From a virus (lineage: Duplodnaviria > Caudoviricetes): a stretch of DNA of 47,746 nt. The stretch lies in IMG/VR virus record IMGVR_UViG_3300048444_000079, positions 1 to 47,746 of that record; one strand, written 5' to 3'. The position numbers and the translations under genes were made by a program. Below are positions 39,280 through 46,724 of the stretch, piece after piece (positions within the stretch are counted from its first letter, which is position 1; each line of letters begins with the position of its first letter). The notes below the pieces were generated by a model that was not told the DNA's origin, did not search any database, and worked only from the letters and a program-made list of their open reading frames with translations.

Positions 39280-41185
39280 AGGATGGTGGGTTGTTCCAAT
39301 CCACCCAAACGAAAAGAGGCCAGTCGTAAAGTGGGGCGAACTTTATGACGAGGGGAAGTTCCCTACCGAAGAGCAAGTAATACAATGGTGGGAAACATTT
39401 CCAAACAGCTACGTTGGGATTGTAACAGGCGAGCTTAGTGGCGTCCTTGTTGTTGACTGTGACAACGAGGAAGCCGAGGCTTACGCTAGGGAAGTCGGCC
39501 TTACCCAAACGCCTTGGGTGGTTCAAACCAAGCGAGGCAAGCACTTCTACTTTAAGTGGCCCGAAGGCGCGGGTCACATTAAGACACTGACGTGGAGTAA
39601 CGCAGACGGCGTTGAGTGGCCTAGAGATGTAGTTAAGGGCTTGGACCGAAAGGCTCACAAAGGCATCGCGCTCGTACCCCCTACTCCAAACTATACGCGA
39701 TTGAGTGGCGATGATTGGGATGACGTGCCAGTGTATCCACTGAAGAACTACGGCACAGAAAAGCCGAGCAACGTAGTTTCATTCGACGACTTCAAGTTTG
39801 GCAACCTTTCTTTAGCGCACATAAAGATCAAGAGAGGTGTTGTCGAAACAACGAGAGAGCGTGTTGAGAAGATGGGCCGTAAGCTTATGGCTGGCGTTGG
39901 TGATAACCGACATCAAATGCTTGTAAGCTTGGCTGGGGAGTTGGCAGCGCAAGGCCACACGCGTGAAAGCTGCGAAGCGTCTATGATCGAGTACGTTGCA
40001 GAGTTCTTTTACGACCCTCACAAGGTTGACGTAAAAGAGTTCCAAAGTGTAATCGACCATGCGTACGCAAAAGAAGAGAAGAAACCGAAGGTCGAGGAAC
40101 CGAAGCCAGAGCCAAGCAACTTTAAACCGATCACGACATTTGATGCTGACCGTCTCGCCGAGGAAGCGAGCAAGATAAAGTACTTTGTTGACCCTATCAT
40201 ACCTGACACTGGTACGATCATTCAGGTTCACGGATACTCTGGACACGGGAAGTCGATGTTCATACGTCACCTTCTATATGCAGCGGCGGCAGGTGCGCCA
40301 TCGTTTGGGCCATTCGACATACACGAGAAGCCACGCGTTCTCTATTTAGATTTCGAGAACAGCAAGCAAAACATATCCAAGTTCCTTACAAGGTCTCGTA
40401 ATTCCTTCGGAGATGCAGAGGGACGCTTTATGATATGGACGCCGTTCATCGACGACAAGATGATGAACCTTAAAGAAGACGCTGGCATCAACAACCTGCA
40501 AAGCTGGATCAACTTCAACAAGCCAGAGATAGTTGTAATCGACACCATCCGTACAGCTTGGTCTGGCCTACAAGAGAACAGCGCAGAAGAGTGGGGCAAC
40601 ATAAACAAGCTTGCCCTTACACTGCGTAACGCAGGTATGACCGTCATACTTGTACACCATTCCAACAAACCCGCGGATGGTGGTAGGTCTGGTCGTGAGG
40701 CGGGAAGTTCGAACCAGTTGACGGTACTCGAAACCCAGATCAAGGTTACGCAAGTATACGCTGACAAAGAAACAGCGGACGTGAAAGCTGGCATATACGA
40801 CGGAGACATACCGCGCACTCCGTACACAATGTTGGGGACCGCACCAGTACGCACGCCCAGTGAGAGACTTCAAGTTTGCATGGAGCTTCGCTACGGGAAG
40901 GTTCGTGAATGGAGTGACGCCCACGAACCAGTCATGTACATCGCATTCCTTGAAGACGAGAACACAGAGAACGTGCGTGTTGTTTCTGAAAGTACAGCGA
41001 AGCAGCGTGCCATTAAAGCTGCGCAACCTTGGACGAATAGTGAGGGTATTGTTATGCCACCTCTATCCGACAAAGAAATATCTAATAAGGTTGGCAAACC
41101 TGTAAGCGTGGTCGCTGACTGGACTAAGCACTTGAGGCACGAGCATATAGAGAGCCAAGTCTCGAATGCAAAAACTAATTCCTAA
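39239..41185 (+). CDS. Bifunctional primase-polymerase / helicase (Prim-Pol + AAA_25)
   Basis: GTG start with GGGAG RBS; VVDCD and T.RGKHFYF prim-pol motifs; GYSGHGKS, YLDFE, VVIDT, LVHH helicase motifs. Confidence 0.88.
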   Translation: MSEYLNTALEMLDEGWWVVPIHPNEKRPVVKWGELYDEGKFPTEEQVIQWWETFPNSYVGIVTGELSGVLVVDCDNEEAEAYAREVGLTQTPWVVQTKRGKHFYFKWPEGAGHIKTLTWSNADGVEWPRDVVKGLDRKAHKGIALVPPTPNYTRLSGDDWDDVPVYPLKNYGTEKPSNVVSFDDFKFGNLSLAHIKIKRGVVETTRERVEKMGRKLMAGVGDNRHQMLVSLAGELAAQGHTRESCEASMIEYVAEFFYDPHKVDVKEFQSVIDHAYAKEEKKPKVEEPKPEPSNFKPITTFDADRLAEEASKIKYFVDPIIPDTGTIIQVHGYSGHGKSMFIRHLLYAAAAGAPSFGPFDIHEKPRVLYLDFENSKQNISKFLTRSRNSFGDAEGRFMIWTPFIDDKMMNLKEDAGINNLQSWINFNKPEIVVIDTIRTAWSGLQENSAEEWGNINKLALTLRNAGMTVILVHHSNKPADGGRSGREAGSSNQLTVLETQIKVTQVYADKETADVKAGIYDGDIPRTPYTMLGTAPVRTPSERLQVCMELRYGKVREWSDAHEPVMYIAFLEDENTENVRVVSESTAKQRAIKAAQPWTNSEGIVMPPLSDKEISNKVGKPVSVVADWTKHLRHEHIESQVSNAKTNS

Positions 41186-41212
41186 AAAAGAAGCCCCGCG
41201 TTAGCGGGGCTT
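41184..41212 (-). terminator. Rho-independent terminator (U-tract on - strand; possibly bidirectional)
   Basis: aagccccgc-gtta-gcggggctt perfect stem, with an A-run (41184-41189) on the left. Confidence 0.85.
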
Positions 41213-41288
41213 AGTGTAAGGAGCCTGTCTGTGAGGCGGACACGCTTCCATTGGGAGATTGCAGAAACAAATGGGAGGATATGTCTGC
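41184..41288 (-). ncRNA. Putative ~105-nt small regulatory RNA with anti-SD tracts
   Basis: TTGTGC-N17-TACATT promoter, three hairpins, CCUCCC loop, intrinsic terminator, no ORF. Confidence 0.7.
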
Positions 41289-41294
41289 TATTTA

Positions 41295-41324
41295 AATGTA
41301 GCGCATAGACAACTAATGCACAAC
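41295..41324 (-). promoter_or_regulatory. Sigma70-type promoter of the sRNA, overlapped by GTTGT-N6-GTTGT
   Basis: -35 TTGTGC (41323-41318), 17 bp, -10 TACATT (41300-41295). Confidence 0.65.
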
Positions 41325-41346
41325 CTTATTACCCTTTATTGAACAA

Positions 41347-41500
41347 ACTTTTTTGCGTACTTTTTTGCGTACCGATTTCGATAAAATCGCTGCCCGCCTT
41401 TGCTTAACCGCTTGTCTCGCTCAATCGACCCGAAGTCCCTTCGGGGCGATCTCGCTTACCTTCGCTTGCAAGTCGCTTGCGATTTTATCGCCTTTGTCGG
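41347..41500. repeat. Tandem repeat plus large inverted-repeat structure; candidate replication origin
   Basis: acttttttgcgt x2 (41347-41370); perfect 12-bp IR 41379-41390/41479-41490; central hairpin 41429-41445; about 7 CGCTT-like units. Confidence 0.55.
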
Positions 41501-41579
41501 AAAAGTCAACACCCTTAGTTGTACAAAAGTTGTTTACATGATATGTGTTGCGTATAGAAAACAGTACAACGGTGACAGC

Positions 41580-41891
41580 ATGTCGAAGAAATTTGCGCTG
41601 TCTACAGAGCAAGAGCATTGGTTGAAGGACAATCATTCAAAATTCACAAACGCACATTTAGCTCGCCAACTAGGTTGCTGCGTAGACACTCTCAAACGTA
41701 TCATGATGAAGATGGACTTAGCATACTTCCCAGGAGCTAAGTACCATTACCGATCAAAGCCAAAGGTCTGGTCTCGACCTTGTATGATATGTGGCTGCAA
41801 GAAGTCACGACCTGTCAATCAATACAGATGTACGCCGTGTCACGAACGTGAGGCGGCTTCTGACTATATGTGGGAAGAGCATTATGGGTAA
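41580..41891 (+). CDS. HTH + Cys4 zinc-ribbon transcriptional regulator (loosely GcrA-like N-terminus)
   Basis: FTNAHLARQLGCCVDTLKR HTH; CMIC...CTPC. Confidence 0.65.
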   Translation: MSKKFALSTEQEHWLKDNHSKFTNAHLARQLGCCVDTLKRIMMKMDLAYFPGAKYHYRSKPKVWSRPCMICGCKKSRPVNQYRCTPCHEREAASDYMWEEHYG

Positions 41892-42276
41892 CCCCCAAAA
41901 AGCCAAAGGCGACAAATACGAAGTAGACCTAGCGAAGTATCTCAATGAACATGTGTTCAAGAAAGAACAATGCCAACGCGCACCTCTTAGTGGTGGCGGC
42001 AGGGTCGGGCTTCATGCTGGCGGTGCCGACATACTCGGAACGCCTGACGTATTCGTCGAAGCAAAGCGGGTCGAAAGGCTCAACTTTCGTGAGGCGGTAC
42101 AACAAGCTGAAAGAAATATTGAGGCGACAAAAAGCCCAGAGTACGCAACCGTTATCACCCGAAGAAATAGAGAGAGCTTGGAAGATAGCCTTGTCGTCAT
42201 GCGATTGAAGGACTGGAAGGAGTTTTATATCTCCCACCTAAGATCAAATGGCTATCTTCGGGACGACACGGAATAG
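41884..42276 (+). CDS. Holliday junction resolvase-like PD-(D/E)XK nuclease
   Basis: KAKG.KYE...ADI...FVEAKR motifs. Confidence 0.75.
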   Translation: MGNPQKAKGDKYEVDLAKYLNEHVFKKEQCQRAPLSGGGRVGLHAGGADILGTPDVFVEAKRVERLNFREAVQQAERNIEATKSPEYATVITRRNRESLEDSLVVMRLKDWKEFYISHLRSNGYLRDDTE

Positions 42277-42292
42277 TTGCGTACGTTATAAT
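42260..42292 (+). promoter_or_regulatory. Putative late promoter of the lysis region (GGGACGAC-N19-TATAAT)
   Basis: Motif plus perfect -10. Confidence 0.7.
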
Positions 42293-42352
42293 AGACAAAA
42301 AACTTACCCTCAAAATCACCTTCACGTCACCAAAAGATATGAGGGTAGTACC

Positions 42353-42820
42353 ATCGCTGTTCTTGAAACCATTGCCGCAGCCAACGCAGCCTACGGTATA
42401 ATAAGAAAGTGTCTCGAAAACGGACGAGAAGTAGCTGACATGGCAGGCCATGTCGGTAAGTTCTTGACGGCTGAAGAAGAGTTAAAAGAAGCGGTACGCA
42501 AGAAGAAGTCGTCACCAATAACAGCCATAGCTGGAGGTGCTGAAGGCGACTGGGAAGAGTTCCAAGCTCTCGAAAAAATCAAAGAGCAACGCAAGGAATT
42601 GGAAAGCTGGTGCAAACTATACGGGCCACCAGGAAGTTGGTCACGCTGGCAGAATTTTCAAATGGAAGCACGCAAGCGTAGGCAAGCTGCAAAGAAAGCG
42701 GCAGAGAAAGCAAGACAGGAAAAGATAGAAGCAATGCAGACAGCAGGCGGCATACTTTTTGCTGCACTTATCTGCGTATCTGGTGTGTACTTCTTGGGTA
42801 AATACTTGGGCAAATGGTAA
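42353..42820 (+). CDS. Membrane-anchored phage protein (C-terminal TM); start probably non-canonical ATC
   Basis: IAAANAAY..I...ENG pattern; GAGGG RBS 7 nt before ATC 42353. Confidence 0.6.
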   Translation: MAVLETIAAANAAYGIIRKCLENGREVADMAGHVGKFLTAEEELKEAVRKKKSSPITAIAGGAEGDWEEFQALEKIKEQRKELESWCKLYGPPGSWSRWQNFQMEARKRRQAAKKAAEKARQEKIEAMQTAGGILFAALICVSGVYFLGKYLGKW

Positions 42821-42921
42821 TGGTGGCGGCTCCGCTTGGGCTGCGCCGCTGAACTAGGTTTTAGGGATGACGAACTTGTCGCACATATATAACTTAAACG
42901 TAGCCAACATAAGGAAGTGAA

Positions 42922-43197
42922 GTGGTGGGGATCGAACATATCATTACTATAGTGGTAGCACTGGTCGGCTCCGCAGGCTTCTGGTCTTTCATGTCTATGC
43001 GTGAGAAGCAAAGACGCGACGCAAACGCCGAGTATCAACAGACATTAAAAGCACAAGTAGACAGGTTGGCTGACAAATTGGATGACAAGACCATCCAGAT
43101 AGAAGAGTTACTAAAGGAGATCGCAGAACTACGCTCTGACCTCTCAACAGCAAAAGCCACCATCACACATTTGGAGACACTTCTGCGCAGTAGATGA
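42922..43197 (+). CDS. TM + coiled-coil protein, holin-like candidate
   Basis: One N-terminal TM helix, in the lysis region. Confidence 0.5.
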   Translation: MVGIEHIITIVVALVGSAGFWSFMSMREKQRRDANAEYQQTLKAQVDRLADKLDDKTIQIEELLKEIAELRSDLSTAKATITHLETLLRSR

Positions 43198-43590
43198 TTG
43201 CCTAGCCAACAAAACATCTATTCAGGACGTGCTGCTGAATTTTACGCAGCATACACGCTAGAGAAAATGGGACTGCGAACCACACACGTAGACCTTCCCT
43301 TTGATGATCTTTGGGTACGCGCCCCCGACCAATCCATAAAGCGCGTACAAGTTAAGTCGGCATCGAAACCGCACGCTCGCAAAGACCATAAGCAGCAAAC
43401 CCTCGTATACAACTTCAAGATAGACAGGAAAGAACACTACGAAGGTATCTTTATCTTCGTGGCTCTCGACATACAGCAGTGCATTGCGCGTACGTGGGAC
43501 GACAAACCTCCCACCACATTTAAGATTACACCTGCTCGCTTCATTTCTGAAGGCGAGAGTGACAGCATCAAACGAGAGTTTAATTTATGA
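43198..43590 (+). CDS. PD-(D/E)XK nuclease-family protein
   Basis: GRAAE...FDDL...RVQVKS motif. Confidence 0.7.
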   Translation: MPSQQNIYSGRAAEFYAAYTLEKMGLRTTHVDLPFDDLWVRAPDQSIKRVQVKSASKPHARKDHKQQTLVYNFKIDRKEHYEGIFIFVALDIQQCIARTWDDKPPTTFKITPARFISEGESDSIKREFNL

Positions 43591-44258
43591 CCATTCACCA
43601 CAAAGGCATCATAGTCCACTGCACAGCCACGCAGCCAGACTGGATGGCAGACGACAGCCTAGAACGGCAGGTCGACGAGATACGCAAGTGGCACACATCA
43701 CCCCCAAGAAACTGGCGAGACATCGGCTACCATGTAGTCATCGGACGTAACGGAGAGGTCGCAAAAGGTCGTCCTTTGGGTACGTCTGGCGCACACGCCA
43801 AAGGCCACAACCAAGATATAGGCATCGCCCTAGTAGGCGGCTTCGGCTCTGACGCTGACGACATCGCATCAGACCACTTCACAGCCCCCCAGCTTTCAAA
43901 GCTTTACGAGATCATCAAAGAATACCAAGAGCAGTACGGCATCAAGACCGAGAAGATCATCGGACACAATCGCGTATCCAGCAAAGCCTGCCCAGGATTT
44001 CGCGTACAAAAGTGGCTCGCTGGTGAAGAGGTCGCTCGCAACCGTACGCAACCCGAACGGGTTAAGCCAACACAATCCAAGACCGTCAAGGCTTCCGCCG
44101 CAACGATTGCGGCGTCCGCAGGCACAACGGTCACATCTCTTTCACGCCTCGATAGTACGGCACAATACATCGTACTAGCGTTCGCAGGGTTAACAGTTCT
44201 ACTGGCAATCTACATCATGAAGGAGAGATTAAAAGCATGGGCAAATGGGTGGCGTTAA
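43587..44258 (+). CDS. Endolysin, N-acetylmuramoyl-L-alanine amidase (T7 lysozyme-like) with C-terminal hydrophobic helices
   Basis: IIVHCTAT, WRDIGYH, GAHAKGHN, GHN..SSKACPGF. Confidence 0.92.
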   Translation: MTIHHKGIIVHCTATQPDWMADDSLERQVDEIRKWHTSPPRNWRDIGYHVVIGRNGEVAKGRPLGTSGAHAKGHNQDIGIALVGGFGSDADDIASDHFTAPQLSKLYEIIKEYQEQYGIKTEKIIGHNRVSSKACPGFRVQKWLAGEEVARNRTQPERVKPTQSKTVKASAATIAASAGTTVTSLSRLDSTAQYIVLAFAGLTVLLAIYIMKERLKAWANGWR

Positions 44259-44492
44259 ATGGCACGACTACAACTCTACGCACTAATCGCAGCAGGTTTT
44301 GTACTTGGACTACTCGGCATCTACTCCGCAGGCATCATGCGCGGTCAAGACAAAGTAAAGCGGAAGCTAGACGAAGACCGCCTCAACAATCTGAAGACAC
44401 ACAAGGAAATCACAGATGAAATCAACCAGCTTGATGACCCTTATCTTGTCGATAGGGCTTCTCAGTGGGTGCGCAAAGATAAGCGGGAATAG
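44259..44492 (+). CDS. Inner-membrane spanin (Rz-like) candidate
   Basis: N-terminal TM, after the lysin, overlapped by a lipoprotein gene. Confidence 0.6.
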   Translation: MARLQLYALIAAGFVLGLLGIYSAGIMRGQDKVKRKLDEDRLNNLKTHKEITDEINQLDDPYLVDRASQWVRKDKRE

Positions 44493-44631
44493 TTACTGCG
44501 ACATCACAAGCCCCATGTATTTTGAAGACGACGCTGTCGTCGACATGCTCATAAACGAAGACCGTCACCTTCTTACCGACATCCTTATCCACAATGAAAG
44601 TTACGAGCGCATCTGTGGAATAGACCCATGA
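44416..44631 (+). CDS. Outer-membrane spanin lipoprotein (Rz1-like) candidate
   Basis: Signal peptide with lipobox LSGC; overlaps the preceding gene. Confidence 0.65.
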   Translation: MKSTSLMTLILSIGLLSGCAKISGNSYCDITSPMYFEDDAVVDMLINEDRHLLTDILIHNESYERICGIDP

Positions 44632-44810
44632 AAGTCCTTATGGTTCTCTTTATAATAAACGGTCCCAACGTTTACTCTATGGCACAAGCACCTGTCGAAA
44701 TAGATAAAGACAGGTGCCTCGAAGCAGCCCTTGAATTCAACATCGGTGCTATCGAAAAGGCGTCTCCCCTCCGAGTACTTTGCTTACCTCTACCCACTCA
44801 AAAGACATAA
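44628..44810 (+). CDS. Hypothetical protein
   Basis: ATGA coupling; hydrophobic N-terminus and two Cys. Confidence 0.6.
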   Translation: MKVLMVLFIINGPNVYSMAQAPVEIDKDRCLEAALEFNIGAIEKASPLRVLCLPLPTQKT

Positions 44811-44903
44811 CTAGTGTCTCAACTTGATGTTTGCGCCCGAGCAACTATATTGTTTTTTTGCGACGAAAACAACAGGATAGCACAAAGGGAGGCAATTATT
44901 TGA

Positions 44904-44953
44904 ACAACTTTAACACAACCAACTTGACAAATGGGTTGCGTCTGCGCAAATAT
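44904..44953 (+). promoter_or_regulatory. Promoter of the LuxR-HTH/integrase unit with adjacent ACAAC-N6-ACAAC operator
   Basis: TTGACA 44924-44929, AAATAT 44948-44953; repeat 44904-44919. Confidence 0.55.
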
Positions 44954-45007
44954 AAGACACCCCAAAACAACGAGGGCAACAACTTTAACATCAAGGATCA
45001 AACTCAA

Positions 45008-45493
45008 ATGCCTAATATAAACGAAAGTTTGCGGTTTGATCTAGCGAGGCTTGAAGCCAAGCTAGATATAATACTGCAACACTGCATAAGCACGAGTGAT
45101 GGTTCCGCGAGCAAGGTTGTCCAGTCGGACGATTTAAACGCAGCCGAGCTATCTCTGCTGCGAAACATGACGACGAAACAACACGTCGTCTTGCAGCTTC
45201 TAATCCAAGGTTTGCGGAACCAAGACATCGCCCCCATCATGGGCATTGGCGAGAACACGGTAAAGCTTCATGTCCGATCAGTCTGTAAAAAGATTGGTGT
45301 AAAAACACGAGGCCAAGCAGCGATGCACGGCAGTGACATATTAAACAGGGCTGACCCTAAAGAATACCAGAGACTAAGCGGTGGTATACCCTTAGACTGG
45401 TCAATTACTTTTAGCGATCCAGACCAATATGCACCTTTGTACGCAGCACAAACAGAAAGGGGGAAAGAGAATTGGGTTTCCTCAAACTTGTAA
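45008..45493 (+). CDS. LuxR-type HTH transcriptional regulator
   Basis: MTTKQHVVLQLLIQGLRNQDIAPIMGIGENTVKLHVRSVCKKIGVKTR; AAGGA RBS. Confidence 0.88.
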   Translation: MPNINESLRFDLARLEAKLDIILQHCISTSDGSASKVVQSDDLNAAELSLLRNMTTKQHVVLQLLIQGLRNQDIAPIMGIGENTVKLHVRSVCKKIGVKTRGQAAMHGSDILNRADPKEYQRLSGGIPLDWSITFSDPDQYAPLYAAQTERGKENWVSSNL

Positions 45494-46488
45494 AGGAAAA
45501 GTCTAACGGCATGTACCGTACCGAAGGTGCCTTCCAAGGAATGCGTATTCGTCACAGCCTACATACCAAGGACCGATCACTAGCAAAGCAAAGACTAAGT
45601 GAATACGAAATGGGCATTCTGTCTGGTGAAGTAAGTCTTGCTTCTAAACTCAAGGGTTCAGCAGCACAAACGACCTTCTCCACCGTAGCAAAGAAGTACT
45701 TACGCTCACGGTCAACTGGATCAGGAAAAACCACACAGCAAAACGTCTCACGTTTCATCGACGAATTTGGTGACATGCCAATACGCTCACTAACCGTCGA
45801 GGCAATCGAAGACTACATCGCTGACTACCACATAGCACGTGGACATTCTAACGGTACGGTACGGCGTACGCTCACATCCTTACAAAGCATCATCAACTTT
45901 GGTGCGAAGCTAGGACACTGTGACTACATCAAGCTCGACAAACCCGCAGACAATCCACACCGTACGGACACAATGACGGATGAAGAGATCGACGAAATAT
46001 TCGAAGAACTCCACCCCGACGTACGACGTTTCTGCACCTTCCTACGGTACAGTGGCGCACGTCCAGTCGAGGCTATCAACCTTCAGTTTACGGACCTTGA
46101 TTGGCACCGTAATCTGGTCACCCTTCACAGCAAGAAGGGCAGAGGCGGCGGCACACGCTCTCGCACAATACCTCTGCACCCCAACGCAAAGATGGTGATA
46201 CCTTGGAGCGAGCCACCGCAACAGACCGCAGTGTTCACGCTCAACGGCAGACCAATAATTGACAGTAACCAACTGTCAAAATACTGGTCAAAAGCCAGAG
46301 AAAAGACGAGCATCTCAGACGACATTGGGATGTACGCATTACGCCACACGTTCGCTACGAACCTGTGTCGCAAGAACGTTCCAGTCAAAGTCGTTGCCGA
46401 CCTTCTGGGACACACAGATTTGAAGATGGTTGTGCGCTACATGAACACAACTCTTGACGATCACATCAAGGCTATTGCAGCTTTATAA
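45472..46488 (+). CDS. int: Tyrosine integrase
   Basis: SGAR..E, K, YALRH, LLGH, RY catalytic motifs; tRNA fragment downstream. Confidence 0.93.
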   Translation: MGFLKLVKEKSNGMYRTEGAFQGMRIRHSLHTKDRSLAKQRLSEYEMGILSGEVSLASKLKGSAAQTTFSTVAKKYLRSRSTGSGKTTQQNVSRFIDEFGDMPIRSLTVEAIEDYIADYHIARGHSNGTVRRTLTSLQSIINFGAKLGHCDYIKLDKPADNPHRTDTMTDEEIDEIFEELHPDVRRFCTFLRYSGARPVEAINLQFTDLDWHRNLVTLHSKKGRGGGTRSRTIPLHPNAKMVIPWSEPPQQTAVFTLNGRPIIDSNQLSKYWSKAREKTSISDDIGMYALRHTFATNLCRKNVPVKVVADLLGHTDLKMVVRYMNTTLDDHIKAIAAL

Positions 46489-46567
46489 GGTGCCATCCGA
46501 CTACCATGTCGGGCGTACACCGAAACAGACAACGAAGGTTTTTGTGTAATTGCAATGACTTCCATGA

Positions 46568-46607
46568 GGCCCAGTGGCTCAACTGGATAGAGCAGCCCCC
46601 TCCTAAG
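46568..46607 (+). mobile_element. attP core: 5' half of tRNA-Arg(CCT)
   Basis: GGCCCAGTGGCTCAACTGGATAGAGCAGCCCCCTCCTAAG has the acceptor 5' strand, D-arm and anticodon loop (CCT 46602-46604); no T-arm or 3' half follows; 80 bp downstream of int. Confidence 0.8.
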
Positions 46608-46724
46608 TGTGGGGTAAAGCGTAACACACACCCCCTAGTTGTCTGAAAACATAACCCAGACGTGACGTCCTCACAGGCGAGGCAGATCGTTTCAAGTTCA
46701 AATGTCAGACAAGCAGATAGGACT

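Noticed and set aside
41400-41579. N-terminal extension of track ORF 41400-41891
   Set aside because: Runs through the repeat/hairpin region and operator; ATG 41580 is the plausible start
44831-45007. N-terminal extension of the LuxR ORF
   Set aside because: Spans the promoter and operator; the RBS supports ATG 45008
46568-46645. Complete functional tRNA-Arg gene
   Set aside because: No 3' anticodon stem match, T-arm (GTTC) or acceptor 3' strand; treated as attP
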